NCBI GenBank assembly: GCA_016748015.1
Contig: JAAOMT010000736.1
Span: forward strand, 1-13,389
Source: Geosiphon pyriformis uo1
Lineage: Eukaryota; Fungi; Glomeromycota
DNA length: 13,389 nucleotides
Direction: 5' to 3'
This document shows positions 1 through 8,631 of this stretch, piece by piece. How positions within the stretch are numbered: position 1 is the stretch's first letter; each line of letters begins with the position of its first letter. The translations under genes and the position numbers were made by a program. Under the pieces are notes generated by a model. It was not told where the DNA came from. It was given only the letters and a program-made list of their open reading frames with translations, and did no database searches.

Positions 1-78
1 TTTGAGAACAAGAATATCCTTGTCTGGATATCTTAGGTCATATCCAGCATTAATTTCATGTGCTTTTTTGGGTTTTAT
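1..78 (-). pseudogene. dUTPase domain N-terminus (element A)
   Basis: Translates IKPKKAHEINAGYDLRYPDKDILVLK. AGYDL (34-48) is motif 1 of trimeric dUTPases. The rest lies outside the window. Confidence 0.82.
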
Positions 79-231
79 TCCTTGTCTATTGTTGTTAAAG
101 TATTTGAGTTGTAAGGCAGGCTGATTTTCGATGAAATAGATGGGTGTTGTTTCAATTTCTTCTGTTGCTTCAGGTTCTCCAAATTCAATTTCATTTTCAT
201 TGTTTTCATTAGGCAGGAGAATGTTAAGAGC

Positions 232-850
232 ATAGCATTTAGGGCACCATTGCTCATCACAAGGCATTATGCATTCTTTACACAATTTAATGTTCATTTA
301 CTTTAGCCGTTAAGCTTGAGCTTTTTTGGTCAGGTAAGTGTGACTGACAATTTGGTAATATACTTCTATTTCATCTTTGTAGTTGTATCCAGCAATTTCA
401 AAGATGTATACAATGTATTCTGATTCTTTCATTTGACAAACATTTTTTTGAGTGGCTCCATTGATTAAAGCCATTGCTAGATCAAAAATCATTTCAGCAT
501 TGTGAGGGTAATGATACAGTTTGTTGAGGGCGCTGTTGTAAGCAGCATCGAAAGGAGTTCCTCTTTTGACTTTTTCTGAAATCGATAAAGCATATTGACA
601 GGTTTGATCGCAGACTCCTCCTCTCATTGCTACATCAATCCAATTGTATTCTTCTGGTAGTATATTTCCACAAGTCAAACAAAGGGTGTTGTTCCATTTT
701 CCACTTCTTTTTATTAGATGACCTCATCATTCTTTGTGACAAGCCTTGCAGTAATAACAAGTATGATTTTTATATTCTTCTTCAGGTAAAATACAGGCTC
801 CTATTGATAAGAGTTTTTTGTGGTAATCTTTGTATTTGAGTGGAATATAA
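232..850 (-). pseudogene. Uncharacterised Cys-rich (multi-CxxC) domain between protease and dUTPase (element A)
   Basis: Contains YYCKACH, CLTCG, CDQTCQY and CKECIMPCDEQWCPKC. Homologous to element B 4885-5490. Confidence 0.75.
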
Positions 851-1074
851 GAGCATTGTTTCCATGGTTTTGGTTTTAAATAGGGAACATTCCATCTGGG
901 TGTCACTGGTTTTTTTGTTTTAAGAGGATTGTTTGTTAAAAAATACTGTTGTTCAGTTTCATCAGCCCAATTGGAGGTTGATCCAAGTGCCATAAATGTT
1001 TCAATAATGGGCTTTTCTTCTTCTGGTTCGAATTCAAAAGCCGAGGCTTTTTCAAAGCATTTGTTGAATGTACT

Positions 1075-1440
1075 ACAAGTGGCAGATATCCAGACGTGTT
1101 GTCCTTGATAGAAGATTGTTAACTCTTGTATTTTCCAATTCAGATTAGCATTGGCTTTTTGGAGTCAATCATTTCTGACGAGAGCTTGGTATTGGGGAGC
1201 ATTCATTACAAGAACTTTGACTGAAATGGTGATTCCATCAAGAGTAAATAGAAAATTGTCAATTTCTCCTATTAGAGTCTTTTTCATGTCATCAGCAGTA
1301 ATGATTACTGTTTGAGCTGATTGGTTGACATTTCTCTTTAACTGTTGCATTAACTGGTAGGTAATAATGCTTCCAGCGGATCCACTGTTTAGGATCAAGT
1401 GAATTGCCTTTCCTTCGACTTCTGCTTTAGTGTACATAGC
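1075..1440 (-). pseudogene. Retropepsin aspartic protease (element A), catalytic D mutated to N
   Basis: MYTKAEVEGKAIHLILNSGSAGSII (DSG>NSG at 1381-1389) and YQALVRND* (degenerate LGxDW motif). Confidence 0.88.
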
Positions 1441-1992
1441 AGTGATTGCTTTTTGTTTGTTGGCGGCTGCATTGCTAAGCAGGAATGGTAACTTATTTGC
1501 TTCAAACTCAAAAGAGAATATATCTGAAAGGTTGGCATTTTCAGTAATTCTGGCTGGTGGAATTGTGGTAGAAGTATAAAAAGGGTTTTGTTGTGCTGCA
1601 GCTCTACCTTCCGAGAGTGCAGTATGGTAAAAATTCTGTTCTTTAGGTATTGTAAGATAGCTAGGTTGAGTACAATAATAGGTGGATCTTGGCTGAACTG
1701 GATTTTGGGGAATTAATTGGTTATTTAGATTGATTTTGTTGTTGTTTGTTGCGAATCAGTTTTATGGTGCAAATTGGTTTTGTTAAACCAATCTTCAAAC
1801 AGATACTTGGTAATGTTGAATGGGTTGTCAATACTGTTGTTGCATTGGCTGTGGAGCAGGTTGATAGTAGTTGGTTTGATATTGTGGTCTTGGTGGATAG
1901 TAAGCTGGTAGTAGTGATGGTTGATAATAAGATTGTTGTGGTGAAGGGTAACGTTGATTACTCCTGTTTTGTTGGTCTTGTTATAGCTTTCT

Positions 1993-2034
1993 GCAATCTC
2001 TTTTCCAATGGCCAGAGATTCCACAGTAATGGCA
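1993..2034 (-). other. Gag CCHC zinc knuckle (element A)
   Basis: CHYCGISGHWKRDC fits C-x2-C-x4-H-x4-C and is in frame with the gag core. Confidence 0.92.
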
Positions 2035-2112
2035 ATTCTGAGGCTGGTTATTAAAGGATGATATGAAGTTGTTTTGATTTCGTTTTTGGGGTGGTTGATA
2101 TCTTTGGGGTTG

Positions 2113-2739
2113 CTATTGTTGTTGGTTGGTGAAATAGTTTTCAACTTTCTTTGTAAGTTGGTCAATTTTCTCTTCAGCTGCTAAGCTGGTTTCTCCAATA
2201 GCTAAGTTCACGAGTTTTGTATGATTGGCTTTTTCTATGGCCATTTCATATCTTTTTGCATGCTGAATGGCAGAGTTTAAATCTTCTGGGACATGTGGAC
2301 AAACTTTTTTAATTAGTTTATCCTTTAAACCAGCGATAAATTGATCCAAAATTTGAGCATCAGAATAATAATCATTAGTTTCAAGTTGGCAAATTCGTCT
2401 GAGAAGTTTGTTGAATTTCCCAATATAAGTCATGACAGATTCGGATGGCTCTTGTTTGATATTTGAGAAGTAATTCTGGAGAGTAATAGAAGTGTTGTTG
2501 TCAATAAACTGTTCTAAAAAGGAAGTTTTGAAAGCTGTCCAGTCATAAAAAGGGGTGGTCAAGTTTTTGAACCATTCGCCTGCTGTTCTTTTGAGAAAGT
2601 AGGGAATTGTTCTTAACATTCTAGCAGCATTCCATCCATTTGCATCTCCAGCTTTAGTAACTTGGTCAAGCCATTCTTGGGGACTGGTCTCAATATTTTC
2701 TCCATTAAATTCGGGAATTTTTGCAATATAAGCCATCAT
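2113..2739 (-). pseudogene. Retrotransposon Gag capsid core (element A)
   Basis: KIPEFNG..PQEWL..ANGW..YFLKRTAGEWF..FKTSFLEQF..IKQEPSESVMTYIGKF (MHR-like)..QFIAGLK..PEDLNSAIQHA is a typical Retrotrans_gag pattern. Confidence 0.9.
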
Positions 2740-3504
2740 TTCGTCTTCTTCGCTTTCATTGTGGATTGATTCTTCTTCTTCTTCAGATGATTCAGAATTG
2801 TTTTCATTGTGAATGGCTGTCTCAGAATGTTCACTTTGATTTTCTGTTAAAAAGTCAAGAAGATTAGTGCTAGTTTGAAGGGGTTCTTGTTGTTAAATAG
2901 GGCTTTTGGGTAACTGAAAATCTTCTATTCTTGAAAACCGAATAAGTGGCGAACTTGGTGTTTGTGGTTGAGCAAGTAAAATTGGAAATGGTGTAATAGA
3001 AAGTGGTAATTTGACACTGGTTCTTTGTTCAGGTGTTTGCAAGTGTTTGGCAGTTGTCTTTGGTAGTATTGGAGTGTTTGGAGTAGTTCTCGAGTATTGC
3101 TTCAATTCTTGTTTGTCTTTGTTGCTTGTTTCTGTCTCCAATTCAAAGTCAATAGAGTATTGAGACTGTACTGGGTATTTTTCTTCACAATACTCAATAA
3201 TGTTAAAATTAAGTTCTTGAAAATAGGTAGCAAGTGTTTCACTGTTAAGGTCTTCAGTTCCTAACTGTGAATAGTACACTAAATTATTGTAAAGATTGCT
3301 TCTAACTTTTGAGATATTGTAATTTCCAAAAAGATAATTGTTAATGCAGTTTTCAATGTATTGGTATACTGATTTCTTGATAACTTCAATTCCGTCTGGG
3401 ATGTTGAATCTTTGCTTGCAGTGGGTGTAAATTGACTGGTAATACTCTAGAGTTGTTGTGTTTGGTGTGGTCACCACTTTGAAGTTGTTTTTGCTGTGTT
3501 GTTT

Positions 3505-3520
3505 TCGTGAGAGAGCACCA
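3505..3520 (-). other. Primer-binding site of element A (TGGTGCTCTCTC...)
   Basis: Minus strand reads ...GTAACA tt TGGTGCTCTC, i.e. TGG 2 nt after the LTR end. Element B has the same arrangement. Confidence 0.8.
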
Positions 3521-3702
3521 AATGTTACTAAAGGTTTTTGGTCTCTTTTTAGCTCTTGTAAAGTGTGTTGTAATGCTGTTAATTCATGCTTATGAGAAGT
3601 GCTTGAACCTCTGATAACTGAATCTATTTCTTCAAATTATCTCCTATAATTTGAACTGCTGGGCTTATAAGTGGAATGACCAATTCCATGCCAGTTACTT
3701 TA

Positions 3703-3825
3703 TGTAGTTACATTGTAGTAAATGTCAACTCTTTCCCAGGAATTGCTTATCTGGAAGCTCACTAAAAATGTGTAGTTACTTTGCTGTGAAAGTCAACTCT
3801 TTTACAAGAATCTCATCTGTAGGCT
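3703..3825. repeat. Degenerate 68-bp tandem duplication in LTR A
   Basis: tgtagttac at 3703 and 3771; gtcaactcttt at 3724 and 3792. Confidence 0.75.
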
Positions 3826-4118
3826 ACCTTAATGATTATAATAAGAAATAAAAGAAAATAAAAGAAATGTAAAAGAAATTGAATTCTGTCAAGGGAAACG
3901 TTTTCTATTCAAGCCTAGAGTTACTAACAGTTTACTGAAATTGGTAGCTAATCAATTTCAAAACGTTAGTTGGGATTTTTAGGTGTTATTGCAAGTGTAA
4001 TAATTAAGAATTTGATTTTTCAAATTATTTGATATTTATTTCGTTTTTGTGTGTATAGAAATAATTCTAATTACTAAATCTAAAGTAAGATATATTTTCT
4101 CAAAAAAAGAAGCTTTTC

Positions 4119-4125
4119 TTTTATA
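4119..4125 (-). promoter_or_regulatory. Putative TATA box of LTR A
   Basis: TATAAAA on the minus strand, downstream of the U3 repeat array. Confidence 0.5.
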
Positions 4126-4175
4126 CAACTTGTTGTAATATTATTATATGAACTTGAACTTTTGCTATTTCTACA

Positions 4176-4290
4176 ATTTCACTGAATTAAAGATACATTT
4201 CAGCAAACTACAAGTTATTTCTGTGAACTATTAGATATTTCAGTGAACTATCAATTATTTCGGCAAATTTCTACAAATTTCGGTGAACTT
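4176..4290. repeat. 20-bp-period tandem array in U3 of LTR A (6 units)
   Basis: atttc starts at 4176, 4197, 4217, 4237, 4257 and 4277; consensus about ATTTCRGYRAA. Confidence 0.85.
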
Positions 4291-4506
4291 TTGAATGTTA
4301 CATAGTTCAGGGTATTACATGATTGATCGTTGCAATTAGGTTACATATGTGTTATGTACAACTTGGGTTATTAATTAAATAATAATTTCGGATATTTTGC
4401 TAATATAATAAGTGATAATTTGAAATGGTAATATATGCTAATTAATAATAGAAATTTATAAGGGTAATTTTATGCTAAATAATATCCCTAATTTCATTTG
4501 GTAACA

Positions 4507-4599
4507 GTAGATGCATGACTTTGGTTCCAATTTGATGGCTTCTTTTTTAGGATATCTCAGATCAAATCTGGCATTAGTATCATGTGTGCATTTTGGCAT
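4507..4599 (-). pseudogene. dUTPase N-terminus (element B), truncated by insertion of A
   Basis: MPKCTHDTNARFDLRYPKKEAIKLEP; ARFDL is a mutated AGFDL motif 1 and aligns with element A 1-78. Confidence 0.78.
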
Positions 4600-4884
4600 A
4601 ATATTTTCATTATTGTTGCTGAATCATCTTAGTTTTTGCTTCTTGGTGAAATCAAAGAGTGCAATATATTGTTCATAGTTGGAATTGGTATTGGAATTTG
4701 AGTTGGAATTATTGTCATTTTTATTGCCATATGGAACAGAGCTGAAGTCATTGTTTTTGTTATCATCATCATTGAAGTTTGAATTGAGATTGTAAATTAA
4801 TTCTAATTCTAATACACAACTGCTGATTGGTTCTTTTTCTTCTAAGATTATGTAGATCATACATGGTGGCAAATTGTAAATGAG

Positions 4885-5490
4885 GTCACATTTATTACAA
4901 TATTGAAAGTCACATAGAATTAGGCAGTGTTGACATAATCAGGTGTTTAATTGCTCTAAGCATTGCTCTTGTTTTTCTCTTATGAGTGTTAATTCTTGGT
5001 AATGTTTGTAGAATTATTCTGGATCCAGTAGATTTATGACTGGTTCTGGGCTCCAGTCAAGTTTTATGGGCTCTGGTGAATTGTTTTTGATTTTTCTGAT
5101 TTTTTTAGATAATGCTCTTTCTATTTTGGCCATTGCCATTCTCCATATTTTATCATCATTATGTAAACAACTGTCCAATTGCTGTACAGCTTTTTTTTAG
5201 GCAGCTTCTATTGGTGTCACTTTCCTAACCCAGTCACTAATGAGAATTATGTACTAACACAAAGTGTTACACATTCCTTCTCAACCAAGGATGTCATTCT
5301 ACATTCCTTTGTTAAGTAATATTCCTCTACAAGCTAAGCAAGGTTTATTGTCCCATTTTTCTTGCCATTTTGGTTTTTCATGTGCAGCAGTGAAATTTGG
5401 TTACTGTCAGGTATTTTTTATCATTGCTATAGCATGCACTCATTGATGACAATTTTTTGTCACAATTGATGCATATAAGCTTTGGTCGAT
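4885..5490 (-). pseudogene. Uncharacterised Cys-rich domain (element B)
   Basis: Contains LICINCDKKLSSMSAC, KWDNKPCLAC, CNTLC*Y and LCQHCLILCDFQYCNKC. Confidence 0.75.
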
Positions 5491-5839
5491 AATAAGTAGA
5501 CTGTGTTGATAGAGTGTATATGTATGAAATATAAGTAGAGGTGGTGGTTGGCATAGTTTTTTTTTCTTTTTTTTTTCTTTTTTCTTTATTGGTTTTTTTT
5601 TTTTCACTTCCAACTTGATAGCTCATCCTGATTATTGTTAATTTTCCAAGTTTGGTTGGCATTCCAGATAAGTTCTTCTCTCTGTTTTTCTTTATGGTTG
5701 TTATCCCAGAATAGTATTGATGGTAGTTCATTGTGGTTGTCATCAGCTTACAAGACTTGATATGCTTTCCAAGTTGGTTTCAGCTTCTCTTTTTTGACAT
5801 CAATTAGTGGTGCTGGCATGATATTGCTGGATTTGAAGT

Positions 5840-6206
5840 GTCTATATGTTGCTAATACTTGTGTGTATTGGCTGTTCTGATTTATTTGCAACTCTTGGGT
5901 GGTCTAGTCAAGTATCGCATTGGTTTTGGATAACTAGTCATTATCAACTAGAGCTTGGTATTAGGTGGCTTCTATTACCAGAACTTTAATGGAAGTAATG
6001 ATACTGTTGATTTCAAATGGCAAGTCATCAATCTTGCCAATAGGCATTTTTGTAGTATTATTAGCAATAATGATTCTGACACTGGCAGCTCAGTCAACTC
6101 AACAACCTAATTAATCTATGAATTGCTTGGTGATAATGCTGTCTGCTAAACCACTATCAAGGATAAGTTTAATAGAGTGGTCATTAACTTTGGCATTAGT
6201 ATACAT
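5840..6206 (-). pseudogene. Retropepsin aspartic protease (element B)
   Basis: MYTNAKVNDHSIKLILDSGLADSII (DSG at 6150-6158) ... YQALVDND*, with several stops. Confidence 0.85.
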
Positions 6207-6815
6207 CACAGTAATGAGTTTTTCTTCCAGAATGGCTCCACTAAATAATAAGGTGTTGATGGTTTTCTATAATTTGAAAGGAAAGATGGCGGTAAGTGAT
6301 TTGTTTTCAGTGACTGTTGCTAATAAAATATTGCTGGTAAGTGGCTACTGTTGGCTGAATTCCAGGTTGCTGGATGTGGCATCTTCTGGGATAACCAAAA
6401 AACTTAAATAGTGTTGGAAATTTGGGTTTTGGGTGTGCCCAGTTTCCAAATTCTACTGATGAAATCCTGTTTGTTGAGCTGATGAACTGGGGATTAGTTG
6501 GTAAACTACCATTACTGATCTCCAGCTTTGTTATGTCATTCTCAGCCTGTGGGTTCCATTTTGAGGTAAGTTTTATGGCAGTGTTTGAATTTGTTGGGGT
6601 TGATAAATTACTGGTGACTGTGGTTAATATACTACTTGTGGCTGTGGCTGATAAATTGGAGTTTGATATACTGGTGGTTAATAGATTGGCTGCTACATTA
6701 TAGACAGATAAGTGGGTTGATATTGATTTTGATTTGAGTAATGATTCGGAGTCTGGAATTGGTGATTGGGTTTTTGATATTGGTTTTCTAATTGTTAACT
6801 ATTTATGTGCTGGCA

Positions 6816-6857
6816 GTAGTTAATTTGCAAGTATTCTTGTTTTCCACAATAGTAGCA
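6816..6857 (-). other. Degenerate CCHC zinc knuckle (element B)
   Basis: CYYCGKQEYLQINY; H>Y and C>Y are each single transitions from CxxCGKQGHLxxDC. Confidence 0.7.
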
Positions 6858-6999
6858 GACTCATGTTTCCTGTTGTCACTGTTGATTGGTTGATAAGAAT
6901 GGACATAGTGGATTTTGGAAACAATTCACATTTCCCTGATTATTATGTTGTTGAAAGGACTGATAAATTAGACAATTGTCAACTAAGTATTCCTCTAAT

Positions 7000-7590
7000 T
7001 CTGATTAATTGAATCACTGAATTGTTTCAATTTGGAATCCAATTCAGATGATCTATTCATTACTAAATTAATGGCTTGGGCATAATTAGCTTTGAGTTCA
7101 GTGGCTTCAAAGTCTCTGGCATTGTTGACTGCAGCTTGAAAGTCTACTGGGTGTAATAAATGTATGTGTTAGAGAATGCTACTGTACAACCCTCTGATAA
7201 ATTGATTCAAAATTTGTGGTGCTGTAAAATAATCAGCTTGAATTGTCTGAATTTGGCGCAGATTTTTGTGGAAGCATCTTAGGTATATGGTGATGGCTTT
7301 AGCTTCTCCTTGTTTAACCGTAGTAAAGGTATTGACTAATTGGTTAATGCTATTATTGTTGCTAAAGTACCTCAAAAACTCTGTTTTGAACGCATTAAAA
7401 ATAACAGGCTTGTTGATTAAGCTTTAATACCATAAACTGGTAGTATCTTGGAGATAGTATAGGATGGCTTGCATGGCTCTGTTATTATTCCATCCATTGG
7501 CTGTAATGGCTTTTTCCATATCGTTTAGTCACACTTGGGCATCATCCTCTTTACCAGTAAATTTTTCAAGTTTCACAATTGGTACATATA
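7000..7590 (-). pseudogene. Gag capsid core (element B)
   Basis: KLEKFTGKEDDAQV*L..ANGW..FKTEFLRYF..VKQGE..QILNQFIRGL; aligns with element A gag. Confidence 0.85.
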
Positions 7591-8613
7591 TTATTAGATC
7601 TAAGTTGGGTTGTTGTGGTGGTTGAAGTGGCTGTTGTAATGGCTGCTGCAGTGGTATTTGCTGCTGTTAAATCAGTTCAACTGGTGGCTGATTAATGACA
7701 ATTACTGGAGATAAGTTTTGCTAATTAATTATCTTGAAGTTTAGATTGTCCTGATTTGGCAGTGCTTAAATATTTGGAGTTCTGATTTTCAGATTTTCCA
7801 ACTGTAGATTTTGCTGAGTTTGAAAGTTCAGAGTTTCAAATTCCAGGTTTTTGGTGATTGGATTTTGGTAAGTAAATTCTTAATCTTCAGATTCTTCTTC
7901 TTTTTGTTTTCTTTCTAATTCTATTACTTCCCAGAGACTCATGGTTCCAAAATCTGGTTGAGATGGCAGGGATCAAAGTTTTGATAGCATTGACAATCAT
8001 GACTTAAATCCTTCAAAATATGCATTATATTGTTCTAAAAGATCTTCTTTTCTTTGTTTACTCTGAAATGGGAATTGGTCAAATGTTGATGTCATGGTTG
8101 ATGTGGATGCACCTATTAATGTGATGTTGATAGTACTTCTGAGTATATAATGGTATGATGGATTTGTTGATGATTCTATTCTTGTTTTTTTACAAGTTGG
8201 TAGTTGTATTCCTTTAGGCATTACTGCTGGTGTTTGTAACTTTCCTTTGCCTTTGTCTGCATAGGTGATAAGAAATTATTATTGAGTATATCTTTCAATA
8301 GTTTGGTTGATTTCTTTGATGATTGGTGTAAAACTGTGGTTTCTTGGTAAGCTAATATGTTAAAATAATTCTGTATAGAAGTTTTCTCTTACTAATTTAA
8401 TGTTAACTGTTTCTTCTAAGCAGTTTGTAATTTTATCATTAATGTAGAAATTGAAGGCTAATTCTGCTGAGAAGTGATTATTGTTTAATCCTAATTGTTG
8501 GCTATACTATTAAAACAAGAATTTAGCAAATCCTAAATGGTTTGCTTCTATGTTTTCTGGTTTTGTCACTTTTGTATAATTGTTGTTAATGCTGGTTCTC
8601 TGTAGGATTATAT

Positions 8614-8629
8614 TTTACAAAAAGCACCA
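8614..8629 (-). other. Primer-binding site of element B (TGGTGCTTTT...)
   Basis: Minus strand reads ...ATAACA tt TGGTGC, the same geometry as in element A. Confidence 0.75.
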
Positions 8630-8631
8630 AA

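Larger units (their letters stand above)
1..3636 (-). pseudogene. Element A gag-pol polyprotein (N-terminal part), interrupted by point stop codons
   Basis: ORFs 2893-3477, 2113-2739, 1165-1437, 727-993 and 310-678 are all in the same frame. The gaps translated by hand continue in that frame with only in-frame stops. Confidence 0.9.
1..4506 (-). mobile_element. Ty3/Gypsy LTR retrotransposon A, 5' half (continues left of window); youngest member of the nest
   Basis: 5' LTR bounded by tgttactaaa (3523) and tttggtaaca (ends 4506), followed by a PBS, then gag, CCHC knuckle, protease, Cys-rich domain and dUTPase in one minus-strand frame. Confidence 0.92.
3523..4506 (-). repeat. 5' LTR of element A (~984 bp)
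   Basis: TG...CA termini with a 10-bp inverted repeat (1 mismatch), adjacent PBS, internal TATA, and an abrupt switch to element B coding sequence at 4507. The partner LTR is not in the window. Confidence 0.85.

Noticed and set aside
75-260. Minus-strand ORFs 75-260 and 1725-2165
   Set aside because: They are alternative frames. The true frame carries the Cys cluster, dUTPase motif and zinc knuckle.
627-839. Plus-strand ORFs 627-839, 1746-2054, 5264-5446, 6118-6411 and 6422-6703
   Set aside because: They are antisense shadows of minus-strand gag-pol. Their Val/Leu richness mirrors Gln/Asn/Thr codons on the coding strand, and they carry no motifs.
4176-4290. CRISPR-like repeat array
   Set aside because: The period is only 20 bp with ~9-nt variable parts, it lies inside an LTR, and there are no cas genes.
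5557-5605. T-run as a poly(A) tail or terminator
   Set aside because: It lies inside element B's coding linker and is best read as Lys/Glu/Gly codons homogenised by G>A changes.
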